DNA of 64,000 nt from an uncultured delta proteobacterium (GTDB lineage Bacteria; Desulfobacterota; Desulfuromonadia; Desulfuromonadales; BM103), in assembly GCA_963715335.1 (NCBI GenBank), contig CAVQRZ010000014.1, forward strand, positions 96,001 through 160,000. The letters run 5' to 3'. Under the pieces are notes generated by a model that worked only from the letters and a program-made list of their open reading frames with translations, was not told the origin of the DNA and searched no databases. A program made the position numbers and the translations under genes. Positions within the stretch are counted from its first letter, which is position 1. The number at the start of each line of letters is the position of its first letter. Positions 9,419-20,517 of this stretch are shown in pieces.

Positions 9419-9480
9419 GTGCGAGACGCGAGGTGCGAAGTGGGATTTTTTGATTTTTCGCGTCTCACCCTTCGCGCTTC
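9419..9480. repeat. Degenerate heptamer repeats forming an inverted pair
   Basis: GTGCGAG-ACGCGAG-GTGCGAA...TTCGCGT-CTCACCC-TTCGCGC just 3' of the THUMP methyltransferase gene. Confidence 0.5.
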
Positions 9481-9481
9481 A

Positions 9482-10612
9482 TCAGTAAAGTTCAAACTTC
9501 AACAGCCGGCACTCAATCGGCCCGTTGTACAGGACGATCCGGCGCGAGGGTTTGAGGCCGATGCGTTTGGCCAGGGGCAGGTTGCCGGTGAAGACCCAGG
9601 CGGTCCATCCAGTCCAGCGCTGCTTTAGCGTGTCGCCGATCTTGCGATAGAAGTCCTCGAGCTTGACATCGTCACCGATGCGTTCCCCGTAGGGGGGGTT
9701 GCAGATCAAGGTCCCATGGGCCGCCGGCGGCTCGAGCTTGGCAAAGTCATGTTGTGACCACCTGATACTCGACCCGATCCCGGCACTCTCCGCATTACGC
9801 CTGGACAGTTCGACAGCCCGACGGTCCCGGTCGCTGCCGAACACCAGGTTGGCCTGGAGCGGCCTGCGGCGCTGCTCGGCTTCTTCGAGCAGCTGCTCCC
9901 AGGTTGAGGCGGAGAAGTCCGGCCAGCGTTGGAAGCCAAAATCAGGCGAGAGCAGGCCGGGTGCTGTGTCGCTGGCCAGAAGGGCTGCCTCCAGGGGCAA
10001 ACTTCCGGAGCCGCACATCGGATCGACAAAGTGTGACTGCTGATCCCATTGACTGAGGGCAACGAGCCCGGCAGCGAGAGTTTCCTTGAGCGGCGCGATG
10101 GTCGGGTCGCGTCGGTAGCCGCGCCGGTGCATGCCGGTGCCAGCCAGGTCGAGGCTGATGGTGCACTGGTTACGGGCCAGATGCAGGTTGATCCGCAGAT
10201 CGGGATCCTTCGGGTCGACATTGGGCCTCTCGCCGCAGCGGTCCCTGATCCTGTCAACGATGGCGTCCTTGGTTTTCAGAGCAGCAAACCGGGAGTGGGT
10301 GATCTCGGAATCCCGCAGGTTGGCATCGACAGCCAGGGTCATCGCCGGTGTCAGATAGTCTTCCCAACCCAGAGAGTACACCCCTTCGTAAAGGGCTTCC
10401 TGTGATGAACAGGGAAAGATTTTAACCTGGAGCAATACGCGATTGGCAGTGCGCAGCCAGAGACAGGCACGGTAGCCATCGGCCATGCTGCCGGTGAAAG
10501 CGACACCGCCATTTTCGGCCCTTACATTTTTGCCGCCGAGGGTTTTCAACTCGACGGCAAGTACATCCTCGAGCCCCTTGGCGGTGGTGGCAAAAAAATC
10601 GATTTGATTCAT
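9482..10612 (-). CDS. THUMP-domain RNA methyltransferase (RlmL-like, 23S rRNA m2G)
   Basis: LRTANRVL, KDAIVD, HRRGYR, APLKETLAA, DPMCGSG and NPPYGER motifs. Confidence 0.9.
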   Translation of the reverse strand: MNQIDFFATTAKGLEDVLAVELKTLGGKNVRAENGGVAFTGSMADGYRACLWLRTANRVLLQVKIFPCSSQEALYEGVYSLGWEDYLTPAMTLAVDANLRDSEITHSRFAALKTKDAIVDRIRDRCGERPNVDPKDPDLRINLHLARNQCTISLDLAGTGMHRRGYRRDPTIAPLKETLAAGLVALSQWDQQSHFVDPMCGSGSLPLEAALLASDTAPGLLSPDFGFQRWPDFSASTWEQLLEEAEQRRRPLQANLVFGSDRDRRAVELSRRNAESAGIGSSIRWSQHDFAKLEPPAAHGTLICNPPYGERIGDDVKLEDFYRKIGDTLKQRWTGWTAWVFTGNLPLAKRIGLKPSRRIVLYNGPIECRLLKFELY

Positions 10613-10620
10613 GTCCTCTG

Positions 10621-11754
10621 TCAATGCTGTCGCTCTGTCTCAAGTGCGGCTTCGGGGAGCCGGAAGGTCCTGCGGTAGGTGCGGATTTCCAGTGCGGCGA
10701 TCTTGAAGATACTGACAATCGGTACCCCGATGATCATGCCAATGACGCCGTAGAGCTTGCCGCCGGCGATAATCGCCAAGAACACCCAGAGAGGGTGCAG
10801 GTTGGATACCCGGGAAATCAGAATCGGGATCAGGATGAAGTTGTCGACCAGAACCTGGGCGATTAGAATATAGAGGATGACGATCCACCAGAATTGCGGG
10901 CCGACACCAAGGTCGACAAAGGCGATCAGGATTCCTGGAACCATGCCAATGATCGGGCCGACGTAGGGGATCAGGTTGGTGACGCCGGCGAAAATACCGA
11001 GGACGGATGCATAGCGGATGTCTGTCAGGGACAGGCCCAGGGTGACGACCAGCCCAACGATGACTGCTTCGAGAATGCGGCCGCGAATGAAGTGGCCGAG
11101 CTGACGGGTCACCAGGTGGCTGAGGTCGTGCGCCATTTCAAAGTGACGGTTGGGTGCCATCGCCGTACAGGCCCGCATGATCGCCCTCCCGTCACGCAGA
11201 AAAAAGAAGGTGAAGAGCGGCACGATGATAAAGAGCCCGCCGATCTTCATGGCAGATTGCGGGGTGTTGGTCAGAATTGCTGCAAGCAGCTGCTCCCCCC
11301 AGCCGCGGACCTTGATCGGCAGGTCGTAACTTTCGATGACAGGAAAACGGCTGTGCAGGTTTTCAAGCAACTGCTTCAGGAATTCAGTCAACCTGCCGGT
11401 GTAGCGGGGGAGGTCGGTCCCCAGGTTGCCCCAGAGTTCCTGCCATTGCGGCAGGAGCCATAGCGTCCCCGCCAGGAAGATCCCCAGGACGAGCAGGTAT
11501 ACTATGAAGATACTGCTGGTGCGGTTGAAATAATTACTCAGCCTCGCAACCGGCGGTTCGAGCAGGAAAGTCAGCACCAGGGAGAGCAAAAGGGGCAGGA
11601 AGAGCACGGAGAAGGCGGTGCGCGTCACACCGATGAATGTGGTTGCCGAAGAGTAAACGGCCAACCCGCAGGCAATCGCGCCGGTCAGGACCAGGAATGC
11701 GAGCAGCAGCTGGCCGCGGGTCCACCCTCGGCGATTGGAAGAATAGGTTCTCAT
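10621..11754 (-). CDS. AI-2E family transporter (UPF0118)
   Basis: FFFLRDG, NLIPYVGP and LHPLWVFLAIIAGGKLYGVIGMIIGVP motifs. Confidence 0.9.
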   Translation of the reverse strand: MRTYSSNRRGWTRGQLLLAFLVLTGAIACGLAVYSSATTFIGVTRTAFSVLFLPLLLSLVLTFLLEPPVARLSNYFNRTSSIFIVYLLVLGIFLAGTLWLLPQWQELWGNLGTDLPRYTGRLTEFLKQLLENLHSRFPVIESYDLPIKVRGWGEQLLAAILTNTPQSAMKIGGLFIIVPLFTFFFLRDGRAIMRACTAMAPNRHFEMAHDLSHLVTRQLGHFIRGRILEAVIVGLVVTLGLSLTDIRYASVLGIFAGVTNLIPYVGPIIGMVPGILIAFVDLGVGPQFWWIVILYILIAQVLVDNFILIPILISRVSNLHPLWVFLAIIAGGKLYGVIGMIIGVPIVSIFKIAALEIRTYRRTFRLPEAALETERQH

Positions 11755-12284
11755 GTCTCAACTGTCTCTGGCGGCAGCTGTTCGCCGAGCCGTTTGTTGA
11801 GATTGCGGATTTCCAGGCTGGCGGTCTGGAGACGCTCGCTGACAATCCGGGTCAGGCCAATCAGAATCTTGCTGGTCAAGGTCGGTTGACGCTCAACCAT
11901 GTCCAGCAGGTCGGAGCGGAACAGCCCGACCAGTTCGGTTGGTTCAGCGGTTCGCGCCGAGGCGATGCGCGGTGCGGGGGCGGTGAGGGTGGTCTCGCCA
12001 AAGAAATCACCGGGGCCGAGGATGGCGAGTTCGTCTTCTGTGCCCAGTAAATTTTTGGCGTGGATGCGGACCACGCCGCTACGGACCATGTACATGCCGG
12101 TCCCTGGGTCGCCTTCTTCGAAGACGAATTCTGATGCACGGTAATTGCGCACGTGGACCACCTTCTCCAGGAAGTTGAGCTCTCGTCCGTTCAACTCGGC
12201 GAACATCGGCAGGTTGTTAAGGAAGTAGGCCAGCGAATCTTCGTCACGCTTCTTGCGAAAGATGTTGTTCCAGAGCGGATCCAT
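11751..12284 (-). CDS. Cyclic-nucleotide-binding domain protein
   Basis: FEEGDPG...MYMVRSG...GPGDFFGE...PRIASA cNMP-binding signature; no HTH. Confidence 0.88.
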   Translation of the reverse strand: MDPLWNNIFRKKRDEDSLAYFLNNLPMFAELNGRELNFLEKVVHVRNYRASEFVFEEGDPGTGMYMVRSGVVRIHAKNLLGTEDELAILGPGDFFGETTLTAPAPRIASARTAEPTELVGLFRSDLLDMVERQPTLTSKILIGLTRIVSERLQTASLEIRNLNKRLGEQLPPETVET

Positions 12285-12287
12285 TGG

Positions 12288-13169
12288 TCACTCCCGTCCC
12301 TCTCCGTTGAGGCTGTTCTGAAGGTCTACAGGGATCGGCTGATTTACCCGGTAATCCTTGAATGATATTTCCAGGTTCTCCTGGAGGTCAGGTCGCCGGA
12401 TAGTGCGCAGTATGCTTGATGGCAGGAGGTATCCGTCGACGTCAGTGAACTTGACCTCAAAAAGATCGTCGATTTTTCCATCGGGGCTGGTCACCTTGAA
12501 ACGTTCGGGGAGATGCCCGCCTGCAACTTCGATGTAACGGATTTCAACGGTCAGTTGCAGGCCGTTGTCGGCAACAATCCCCAACTCGTTGAGCGAGTCG
12601 TTTGTGCTGTCGACATCGAAGACCAGGGACCTGATCTGTTGTTGCGGCAAACCCATTGCGTTTGCGTAAAAGGCCTGGTCCAGATCCGTTGGTTGCGCAA
12701 AACTGATTTCTAAGTGATGAATCAACTTGTCGGCAAGGGCGACATCGCTCGATGTGATTTTTGCGCCCTTGACGAGGGCCTGACGTTGCCCGGCCCGTTC
12801 AGGTGGGAGTAGCATCTCATTCAGCTCGATCGCCAGGTCTGCGGAAATCTGCTGGACCATCTTTTCGATATTTGGGGTCAGCTGTGGACTGCCGGTGTAA
12901 ACCCGCCCTTTGCCTCTGCGTTGCCAGAATTTGTTGATTACGGGTGGTGCTGGCGGCTTGACGTCCGGGGGGAGATCCCTGGCCAGAAGGTCCATCATTT
13001 CCCCGATCCGTGATGTTTCGATAGTCGCAAGATAGTTCTGTAATCCTGGTTGAACCCGTTCTCTGGCTGCAACGACTGACTCAAGGGCAGTCAGATCTGC
13101 TGCCGCAAACAAAAGGGCCGGCACTATCAGAATCAGGAACACTAAGCTTGTGAGGAATGATCGAGACAC
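12288..13169 (-). CDS. Exported hypothetical protein
   Basis: N-terminal signal-like hydrophobic segment; long ORF in operon with downstream genes; start codon approximate. Confidence 0.7.
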   Translation of the reverse strand: MSRSFLTSLVFLILIVPALLFAAADLTALESVVAARERVQPGLQNYLATIETSRIGEMMDLLARDLPPDVKPPAPPVINKFWQRRGKGRVYTGSPQLTPNIEKMVQQISADLAIELNEMLLPPERAGQRQALVKGAKITSSDVALADKLIHHLEISFAQPTDLDQAFYANAMGLPQQQIRSLVFDVDSTNDSLNELGIVADNGLQLTVEIRYIEVAGGHLPERFKVTSPDGKIDDLFEVKFTDVDGYLLPSSILRTIRRPDLQENLEISFKDYRVNQPIPVDLQNSLNGEGRE

Positions 13170-13305
13170 GCCAGCCCCTCTCCCTGAAGTGTTGGTTGAC
13201 ACCCGTTATGGGCATTGATAGCTTGAAAAGACCCTGTTTGAAGTGGGCTTAAAATCAGTATAATATGAAGATAATCGATTATTTACGTAGTTGCAAGGAG
13301 CTTGT

Positions 13306-15132
13306 GTGACAAGTTTTGATCTGCGCAAACAACCGACGGCCACCGGAGTTTACCTGATGAAGGATGCTGCCGGTGAGATTCTTTATGTCGGCAAGGCGAA
13401 AAATTTGCGTTCCCGTCTGCGCAGTTATATGCAGGCTGATCGCGATACGCGGCCGCAGATCAGGTTTTTGATGGAGCGTGCGGCGAGCATAGAGACGATT
13501 GTCACCGACACCGAGAAAGAAGCCCTGATCCTCGAGAACACCCTGATCAAGAAACACCGGCCGCGCTATAATATTCATCTGCGCGATGACAAGACGTTTG
13601 TCTCGTTGCGGATCGATTTGCGTGAAGAATTCCCGATGCTGGGCATTGTGCGCCAGGTCCGTCAGGATGGCGCCCGCTATTTTGGCCCTTTTGCTTCATC
13701 CTCTGCATTGCGTCAGACCCTCAAGGGGATATATCGCTTGTTCCCGTTGCGGCACTATGCCCCGGCAAAATGCCGGCAGCGCGGTCGACCCTGTCTTTTC
13801 TATCAGATCGGCCAGTGCAGTGCCCCATGCCACGGCAAGATTACTGCCGAAGATTATGGCAGGCTGGTTGATGGCGTGATGGCACTTCTCGAAGGTCGCC
13901 AGGGTGAAGTGGTTGGGCTGCTTCGGCAGCGGATGGCGCTTGCCGCAAGCCGGCAGAAGTATGAGGAGGCGGCTTTGTTGCGTGACCAGGTCCGGGCAAT
14001 CGAAGCGACGGTGGAGCAGCAGAAGGCCGTGCGCTATGGAACGGTCGACCAGGATGTGGTGGGAGTCTGTCGGCAGGGCGGAGAAGTTGAAGTGGTTGTG
14101 CTTTTTTACCGTCAGGGGAAACTGACGGCCCGGCGCAACTATAATTTGCCCTGGCATCTGGACGAGGATCAGTTGCTGGCTGATTTTCTGGTGCGCTTCT
14201 ATGATCGGGATGTGCCGGTCCCTGATGAGATCGTTCTCCCCTTCGCCATAGAAGGGATGGCCTCTTTATCGGAATGGCTGGCTGATCGGCATGGCCGCAG
14301 AATGGCGGTACTGGTCCCGCAACGCGGTGAACGTCGCCGCCTGGTGGAGATGGCAAATCGCAACGCCGAGGAGGCCCTCAAGGAACGCGGCGGCCGCGAA
14401 GAAGCCCGTCGCAAGGTGCTGGCAGAAATACAACAGAAGCTGCATCTGCTGCATCTGCCGCGGCGCATGGAGTGCTTTGATATTTCGACCAACCAGGGGG
14501 AGGCGACGGTTGCCGCTATGGCCGTTGTCATCGACGGTGAACCGGCGTCATCCGAGTACCGGCACTACCGGGTGAAGACCGTTGCCGGCACCGATGATTA
14601 CGCCGCCTTGCGCGAGGTCCTGTACCGACGGCTGCAACGTGGAGTTGCAGAATCCAGCCTGCCGGACTTTATTCTTATCGATGGCGGCAAGGGGCAGCTT
14701 GGTGTGTTGACGGCGGTCATTGATGATCTGGAGATGGCCGGCAGGATTGATGTCGCGGGAATTGCCAAGAGCCGTGTCAAGGCAAACGTCCGTGGCCGCG
14801 CCGTGGAACGCAGTGAGGAACGTTTCTTCCTCCCCGGGCGCAAGAACCCGGTGGTACTGAGGCGTGGTTCCGCAGCTCTCTTTCTGCTCGAGCGTCTGCG
14901 CGACGAGGCCCATCGCTTTGCTATTGCCCACCACCGCAAGGTTCGCAGCAAGTCTCAGCTCAAATCATCGCTTGCCGATATACCTGGAGTCGGGCCCAAG
15001 CGCCAGAGGGCTCTGCTCAGGGAGTTCGGCAGCCTGAAAAAAATCAAGACGGCCAGTCTGGAGAGACTGCGCGACATGCCGGGGCTCCCGGCTACGGTCG
15101 CCGAGCAGATTTACCAGCATTTCCATCCCTGA
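13306..15132 (+). CDS. uvrC: Excinuclease ABC subunit C
   Basis: GIY-YIG (GVYLMK...YVGKAKNLRSR), ECFDIS, IDGGKGQL, RDEAHRFA, HhH IPGVGPK. Confidence 0.97.
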   Translation: MTSFDLRKQPTATGVYLMKDAAGEILYVGKAKNLRSRLRSYMQADRDTRPQIRFLMERAASIETIVTDTEKEALILENTLIKKHRPRYNIHLRDDKTFVSLRIDLREEFPMLGIVRQVRQDGARYFGPFASSSALRQTLKGIYRLFPLRHYAPAKCRQRGRPCLFYQIGQCSAPCHGKITAEDYGRLVDGVMALLEGRQGEVVGLLRQRMALAASRQKYEEAALLRDQVRAIEATVEQQKAVRYGTVDQDVVGVCRQGGEVEVVVLFYRQGKLTARRNYNLPWHLDEDQLLADFLVRFYDRDVPVPDEIVLPFAIEGMASLSEWLADRHGRRMAVLVPQRGERRRLVEMANRNAEEALKERGGREEARRKVLAEIQQKLHLLHLPRRMECFDISTNQGEATVAAMAVVIDGEPASSEYRHYRVKTVAGTDDYAALREVLYRRLQRGVAESSLPDFILIDGGKGQLGVLTAVIDDLEMAGRIDVAGIAKSRVKANVRGRAVERSEERFFLPGRKNPVVLRRGSAALFLLERLRDEAHRFAIAHHRKVRSKSQLKSSLADIPGVGPKRQRALLREFGSLKKIKTASLERLRDMPGLPATVAEQIYQHFHP

Positions 15133-15186
15133 ATAAAGCGGGGGCGCTTCCCGCACAATGATAAAGAACGGTAGCGCCCCCTGGTG

Positions 15187-15783
15187 CTATTCCTTGATCA
15201 GTTCGATTTCCAGGCTGATATGGACCTCGTCACCGACCACGACCCCGCCGGTTTCCAGGGCCTTGTTCCAGGTCAGACCGTAATCGCTGCGGTTGATTTG
15301 CGTCGATGCCGATGCCCCGCGCCGGGTGTTGCCCCACGGATCGGTAACCGTCTGACTGAAGTCTTCAACCTTCAGCTCGACTTCACGGGTTACGTCGCGA
15401 ATGGTCAGATCACCGACAATCTGCACCGGCTGCCCATTGGCGACCACCACCTTCTTTGAGACGAAAGTCATTGCCGGAAAAGTTGCAACAGCAAAGAAGT
15501 CCGGGCTGCGTAGGTGGTCGTCGCGTTTCTGGTTGTTCGTGTCAATCGATGCCGTCCCGATGCGGACTTTAACGGTTGATTTTGCCAGGTTGGCGGGATC
15601 GATGTCCACCGTGCCATCAACCTCGGTGAAGACGCCCTTCACCCAGGAGACCATCAGGTGACGGATCTTGAATTCGACAGAGGTATGAACCGGGTCAATT
15701 TTCCAGGTTGCCGCAAGGGTTATTTGTGGCAGGATCACCAGGAGGGTGATGATCAGCAAGTTTTTGCAGAAATACATGGTCAT
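15187..15783 (-). CDS. YceI-family periplasmic protein
   Basis: Signal peptide, WKIDPVHTSVEFKIRHL, RDDHLRSPDFF, INRSDYGL. Confidence 0.93.
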   Translation of the reverse strand: MTMYFCKNLLIITLLVILPQITLAATWKIDPVHTSVEFKIRHLMVSWVKGVFTEVDGTVDIDPANLAKSTVKVRIGTASIDTNNQKRDDHLRSPDFFAVATFPAMTFVSKKVVVANGQPVQIVGDLTIRDVTREVELKVEDFSQTVTDPWGNTRRGASASTQINRSDYGLTWNKALETGGVVVGDEVHISLEIELIKE

Positions 15784-15933
15784 ATGCCTTTCTTATTTAC
15801 CGAGCGTTTGTCAAGTACCTTTGGAATTATATATTACAGTTTTAGTCAGGTATATGCAAGTCAGGTTTCCCGGGAAGAGAACATATTGGTTTGCAGGTGT
15901 GCATTTTGACGTTGATGGTGAGAGAATGAGCAC

Positions 15934-15965
15934 AAAAAAAGCCCCTGGAAGTCCGGGGGCTTTTT
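15934..15965. terminator. Bidirectional Rho-independent terminator
   Basis: A7-GCCCCTGG-AAGT-CCGGGGGC-T5. Confidence 0.8.
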
Positions 15966-15984
15966 GCAATCTATGGTGTGGGTC

Positions 15985-16770
15985 TTATTCGACGGTTACT
16001 TCAGCGTCTTCGACAATAACCCCGTAGGCGTAGCCATAACCAAAGTCCTTGTCGAGGGACAGGGTCCCGCTGATGACGACCGTGTCGCCGGTGTCAGCGG
16101 TGGCGCTGGTGGTGACCGTCAGGTCATTGGCTCCGGCATCGCCGGTGCCGTCCTGGATATGAATCCAGTTCTTGCCCATGATTTGAGGGCTGAACTTGAC
16201 AACCTTGCCACGGACCTTGACCGGTTTGCCGTTCAATTCGGCTTTCTTGGCGTAGACGCCGCCGACGGTCTGACCGCCTGCAGCAGGGGTGATGCCTGAC
16301 AGGTCAACATCGGTCGTCTCGACGGTTGTGCTACCTTTCGAGGCACTGCCGTCCATCATCGGCGGATGACCGGCAGGCATTTGCGCTGCGAGGCTTTCAG
16401 CCCCGCCGACCAAAACCGAAGGCACGAAGAAAATCATGTCGAAGGTGCGGTCGAGGGTTTTGCTGCTGAAGTTGGGCATCGGCATCCCTTCGGGAACAAC
16501 GACATCGTCACCAACCTTGACGGCGAACTGGGGCGCTGCCGCCCAGAATGTCTCGGCGCCGGTGTCTACATGGACATATGTGTACCCGGATGCGTCCATG
16601 GTTTCGAGAACTTTGCCGGATTTACCGGGAGCAGCCTGCGTTGTGGCCGGGGCCATCTGTGCTGAAGGCTTGGCTGCCTGGGTTTGAGGTGCAGGGGGCT
16701 CTTCTCCACAACCGGTGAGCATGGTGATAGAGAAAGTTGCGATACAGAGCAGGGTCATCAATTGCTTCAC
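15985..16770 (-). CDS. OB-fold lipoprotein (NrfJ-like)
   Basis: GGAGG RBS before GTG; lipobox LTGC; GKVLETMDASGYTY and MPAGHPP; second domain VRGKVVK...IMGKNWIHIQDG. Confidence 0.7.
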   Translation of the reverse strand: MKQLMTLLCIATFSITMLTGCGEEPPAPQTQAAKPSAQMAPATTQAAPGKSGKVLETMDASGYTYVHVDTGAETFWAAAPQFAVKVGDDVVVPEGMPMPNFSSKTLDRTFDMIFFVPSVLVGGAESLAAQMPAGHPPMMDGSASKGSTTVETTDVDLSGITPAAGGQTVGGVYAKKAELNGKPVKVRGKVVKFSPQIMGKNWIHIQDGTGDAGANDLTVTTSATADTGDTVVISGTLSLDKDFGYGYAYGVIVEDAEVTVE

Positions 16771-16979
16771 GGGTAAATCCTCCGATTTTCTTGATTGCCG
16801 GGCAACGCCCGATGGTTTTTTGTGGATGTCGAACATTAGCTGACATTTATAGCATAGCCAGCTCTGGCACAGCAAGTATTCAATGCTTGTCAAGATAACA
16901 GCTTGTTCAGGAAAAATATATGTGCTGTTCCGTAAAGATTGAATCTACACCACACGAAGAGGAACTGCGCAAACGCACA

Positions 16980-18509
16980 CTATCGAAGGTCAGCTTGACA
17001 GCGATCAATAACACGCCGATTTTCGTCCCGGCAGCGGTCGTATTTCTCAGTAAGTTTTCGCAGCCGTCGCGCCAGGTCGTCAGTCAACATGTCGTATGAC
17101 AGCTGCCATTGCCAGTTTCCGGTTGCCTTGCCAGGCGTATTGAAGCGGGCCGAATTGTCGAGACCGAGGATGTCCTGGCAGGGAATGACGCAGAGGCTGG
17201 CATCGCTGGCCATGGCCAGCTCTATGAGATCCCAGGGCATTTCCGGGTGACGTTTGCCGAGATAATCGCGGATCGTGTCTTTTTGCCCCTTCGACAAGCT
17301 CTGCCACCAGCCGATGGTCGTATCATTGTCGTGAGTGCCGGTATAGACCACACTGTTGGGGTTGTGGTTTTCAGGCAGGTAGGGGTTGTCCGGCCCGGAA
17401 TCGAAAGCAAACTGCAGGATATTCATCCCCGGCAAGCCAAAATCGTCACGCAGTTTCTCCACGTCCGGGGTAATCAGGCCCAGGTCCTCAGCAATGATCG
17501 GCATCTTCGGATTCAGTGCCCGCAGCTTCTCAAGCAGCTTGCGGCCTGGCACCTCCAGCCATTGGCCGTTTACGGCGGTTGCTTCATCGGCCGGGATCGA
17601 CCAACAGGCCTGGAACCCCCGGAAATGATCGATGCGGATCATATCGCATTGCTGCAGTTGATGGGTAAAGCGCCGGATCCACCAGTGGAAATCTTCGGCC
17701 AGGTGAGCGTCCCAGCTGTAGAGGGGATTGCCCCAGCGCTGCCCGGTCGTGCTGAAATAGTCCGGCGGCACTCCGGCGACAGCAAGCGACCGCCCTGCGT
17801 CGTCCAGCTGGAAAAGCTGCTGGTTGGCCCAGACGTCAGCGGAATCGTAGGCGACGAAAATCGGGATGTCGCCAAAGATCCGTACCCCCTTGCGGTTGGC
17901 ATAGCTTTTCAGCCGGCCCCATTGTTCGTAAAACACGTACTGCTGATATTTGTACAGGTCGCATTGCCTGGTGAGACGTTCGCGCCATTCGGTCACCACG
18001 TCCCGGTGCCGCTGGCGAAGACCAGCCGGCCAATCGGACCAGGGTTTGCCGTGAAAGGTGTCTTTTAGGGCCATGAACAGACAGAATTCTTCGAGCCAGT
18101 CAGCGTTCCCCCGACAAAACTGGGTAAAGCCTGCAAACCTGCCAGAGGTGTTTCGCTGAAGGAAATTTTCTGCCGCAATCTCCAGCAGGCTGTGTTTCAA
18201 CTTGTGTGCCTGGCCGAAGTCGAGCCCGGGGCAGTCATTGACAGCCGCCTCGACCTGCGCTTGGCCCAGGTCTTTGCAGTCAACCAGTTGCTGCAGGTCG
18301 ATCAGGGCCGCATTGCCGGCAAATGCCGACAAGGTATTGTATGGTGAATGGCCGTATCCGGTCGGACCGAGCGGTAGTATCTGCCAGACGCTTTGACCCG
18401 CTTTGGCCAGAAAGTCGACAAACCTGAAGGCCTGCGCACCGAGGTCACCAATGGGCCACGAGCCCGGCAGGGACGTGGGATGAAGTAGAATGCCGCCTGC
18501 TCGCTGCAT
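16980..18509 (-). CDS. malQ: 4-alpha-glucanotransferase (GH77)
   Basis: GILLHPTSLP, GVPPDYFSTTGQRWGNP, RIDHFRG, AEDLG and YTGTHDNDT. Confidence 0.96.
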   Translation of the reverse strand: MQRAGGILLHPTSLPGSWPIGDLGAQAFRFVDFLAKAGQSVWQILPLGPTGYGHSPYNTLSAFAGNAALIDLQQLVDCKDLGQAQVEAAVNDCPGLDFGQAHKLKHSLLEIAAENFLQRNTSGRFAGFTQFCRGNADWLEEFCLFMALKDTFHGKPWSDWPAGLRQRHRDVVTEWRERLTRQCDLYKYQQYVFYEQWGRLKSYANRKGVRIFGDIPIFVAYDSADVWANQQLFQLDDAGRSLAVAGVPPDYFSTTGQRWGNPLYSWDAHLAEDFHWWIRRFTHQLQQCDMIRIDHFRGFQACWSIPADEATAVNGQWLEVPGRKLLEKLRALNPKMPIIAEDLGLITPDVEKLRDDFGLPGMNILQFAFDSGPDNPYLPENHNPNSVVYTGTHDNDTTIGWWQSLSKGQKDTIRDYLGKRHPEMPWDLIELAMASDASLCVIPCQDILGLDNSARFNTPGKATGNWQWQLSYDMLTDDLARRLRKLTEKYDRCRDENRRVIDRCQADLR

Positions 18510-18771
18510 AGAATCAATCTCCTGTGGCGGATTATGACACAGGATAATCTCCGGGCAAGGGTAAATTGAGCCGATTTGCAAGGCCGGAGCTTTGCCATGA
18601 TTTATGACGCTTGGCTGCTGTGGAGGATTACTGTCTCTTCGGACGCAATTTTGCGAGCTGTACAAGTCCTGATTGACCCGCCCGCACTGCTGCGCTAGAA
18701 TTACTTTACAAAACGGGCTGAAGCCCGTTTTTCTCGTCGTACCTGACAACTGATCAAGAAATGAGGACAGG

Positions 18772-20358
18772 TTGAGCAACCGGTTTATCCAGGAAATTAA
18801 AAAGCGCAGGACTTTCGGTATCATCAGTCACCCCGATGCCGGCAAAACCACCCTTACCGAAAAACTGCTGCTTTTCGGCGGGGCAATTCAGATGGCCGGG
18901 GCGATCAAGGCACGCAAGGCTGCCAGGCACGCGACCAGCGACTGGATGAAGGTCGAACAGGAGCGCGGTATCTCCGTGACCACATCGGTCATGAAGTTCG
19001 GCCATCGCAACTGCGAGATCAATCTTCTCGACACCCCGGGCCACCAGGATTTTTCCGAGGATACCTACCGGGTCCTGACCGCAGTGGACAGTGCCCTGAT
19101 GGTGATTGACAGTGCCAAGGGGGTCGAGGCACAGACTGAAAAGCTGATGTCGGTCTGCCGCATGCGCAACACTCCGGTGATCACGTTCATCAACAAGATG
19201 GACCGTGAAGGGCAGTACCCCCTGGACCTGCTTGCCGATGTCGAGGATAAACTGCAGATAGAATGTGCGCCGATGTCCTGGCCGATCGGTATGGGTAAGC
19301 GCTTTAAGGGCGTCTACAACCTTTACCGCAAGGAGTTGCGGCTGTTCAGGCCCGGTGAGGAGCGCCGTACCGAGCATGTTGAGGTGATCAAGGATATCAA
19401 TGACAGCCGGCTCGATGAACTGTTGGGTAGTGCCGCCGATGAACTGCGGGAAGATATCGCACTCCTTGAAGGTGCAGCCAATCCCTTTCAATTGTCGGAA
19501 TATCTTAAGGGCAACCAGACACCGGTGTTTTTCGGTAGTGCCGTTAACAATTTCGGCGTCGAGGAGTTGCTTGATGCCTTGGTTGATCTTGCCCCCTCAC
19601 CGGGCCCGCGTCAGGCCCAGAGTCGTGAAGTGGCCCCCGAGGAAGAGGCTTTCTCCGGGTTCGTTTTCAAGGTCCAGGCGAACATGGACCCGGCGCACCG
19701 GGACCGGATTGCTTTTCTGCGGATCTGCTCGGGACGTTTTCAGCGCGGCATGAAAGTTCGACACCACCGGATTGGCAAGGAAGTCAGCCTCTCCAAAGCC
19801 ATCATCTTCATGGCCCAGGACCGGGCCAACGTCGAAGAAGCTTATCCCGGCGATATAATCGGCCTGCACAATCATGGCACGATCAAGGTTGGCGATACGT
19901 TCACTGACAAGGAGCTGCTCAAGTTCACCGGAGTCCCCAGTTTCGCCGCCGAACATTTCCGGCGGGTTCGACTGAAGTCCCCTCTGAAAGCCAAACAGCT
20001 CGAAAAAGGGCTGAAACAGCTCTCCGAGGAAGGGGCCATCCAGGTCTTCCGGCCTTTAATAAGCAACGACTACATCGTTGGCGCAGTCGGCGTCCTGCAG
20101 TTCGATGTGACCATGGAGCGCCTGAAGATGGAATACGGGGTCGACGCCATCTACGAAAGTGTCGACTATGCCACCGCCCGCTGGGTTGGCAGTTCCGACC
20201 CCAAGAAGCTGGCAGAATTCGAAAAGAAGAACCAGGCCAACCTGGCAATGGATGCCGAAGGCAACCTCAGCTATTTGGCCCCGAGTGAATGGCGCCTCGG
20301 TTATGTCATGGAGCAGTGGCCGGGGATCGAATTTGCCAAGACCAGGGAGCACGATTAG
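18772..20358 (+). CDS. prfC: Peptide chain release factor 3
   Basis: [44 protein letters not shown]. Confidence 0.97.
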   Translation: MSNRFIQEIKKRRTFGIISHPDAGKTTLTEKLLLFGGAIQMAGAIKARKAARHATSDWMKVEQERGISVTTSVMKFGHRNCEINLLDTPGHQDFSEDTYRVLTAVDSALMVIDSAKGVEAQTEKLMSVCRMRNTPVITFINKMDREGQYPLDLLADVEDKLQIECAPMSWPIGMGKRFKGVYNLYRKELRLFRPGEERRTEHVEVIKDINDSRLDELLGSAADELREDIALLEGAANPFQLSEYLKGNQTPVFFGSAVNNFGVEELLDALVDLAPSPGPRQAQSREVAPEEEAFSGFVFKVQANMDPAHRDRIAFLRICSGRFQRGMKVRHHRIGKEVSLSKAIIFMAQDRANVEEAYPGDIIGLHNHGTIKVGDTFTDKELLKFTGVPSFAAEHFRRVRLKSPLKAKQLEKGLKQLSEEGAIQVFRPLISNDYIVGAVGVLQFDVTMERLKMEYGVDAIYESVDYATARWVGSSDPKKLAEFEKKNQANLAMDAEGNLSYLAPSEWRLGYVMEQWPGIEFAKTREHD

Positions 20359-20488
20359 GCTGCTGATCTTGTCAGGTTGACAGACGCCTCAAGTTCAGTA
20401 AGGTTTAGCTGCCGGTAGCCATACTCTTCAAGGTGTTTAAGCATGCGGCACAGGCAAGCCGGGAGCTGTTTGACCCGCGACATTTGCG

Positions 20489-20517
20489 AGGTTGGCCTGA
20501 TGGGGCCAGCCTTTTTT
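20489..20517 (+). terminator. Terminator-like hairpin between prfC and asnS
   Basis: AGGTTGGCC/GGCCAGCCT stem followed by a T-run. Confidence 0.6.

Noticed and set aside
20411..20517. T-box riboswitch before asnS
   Set aside because: No UGGNACC T-box motif, and too short for a canonical stem I.
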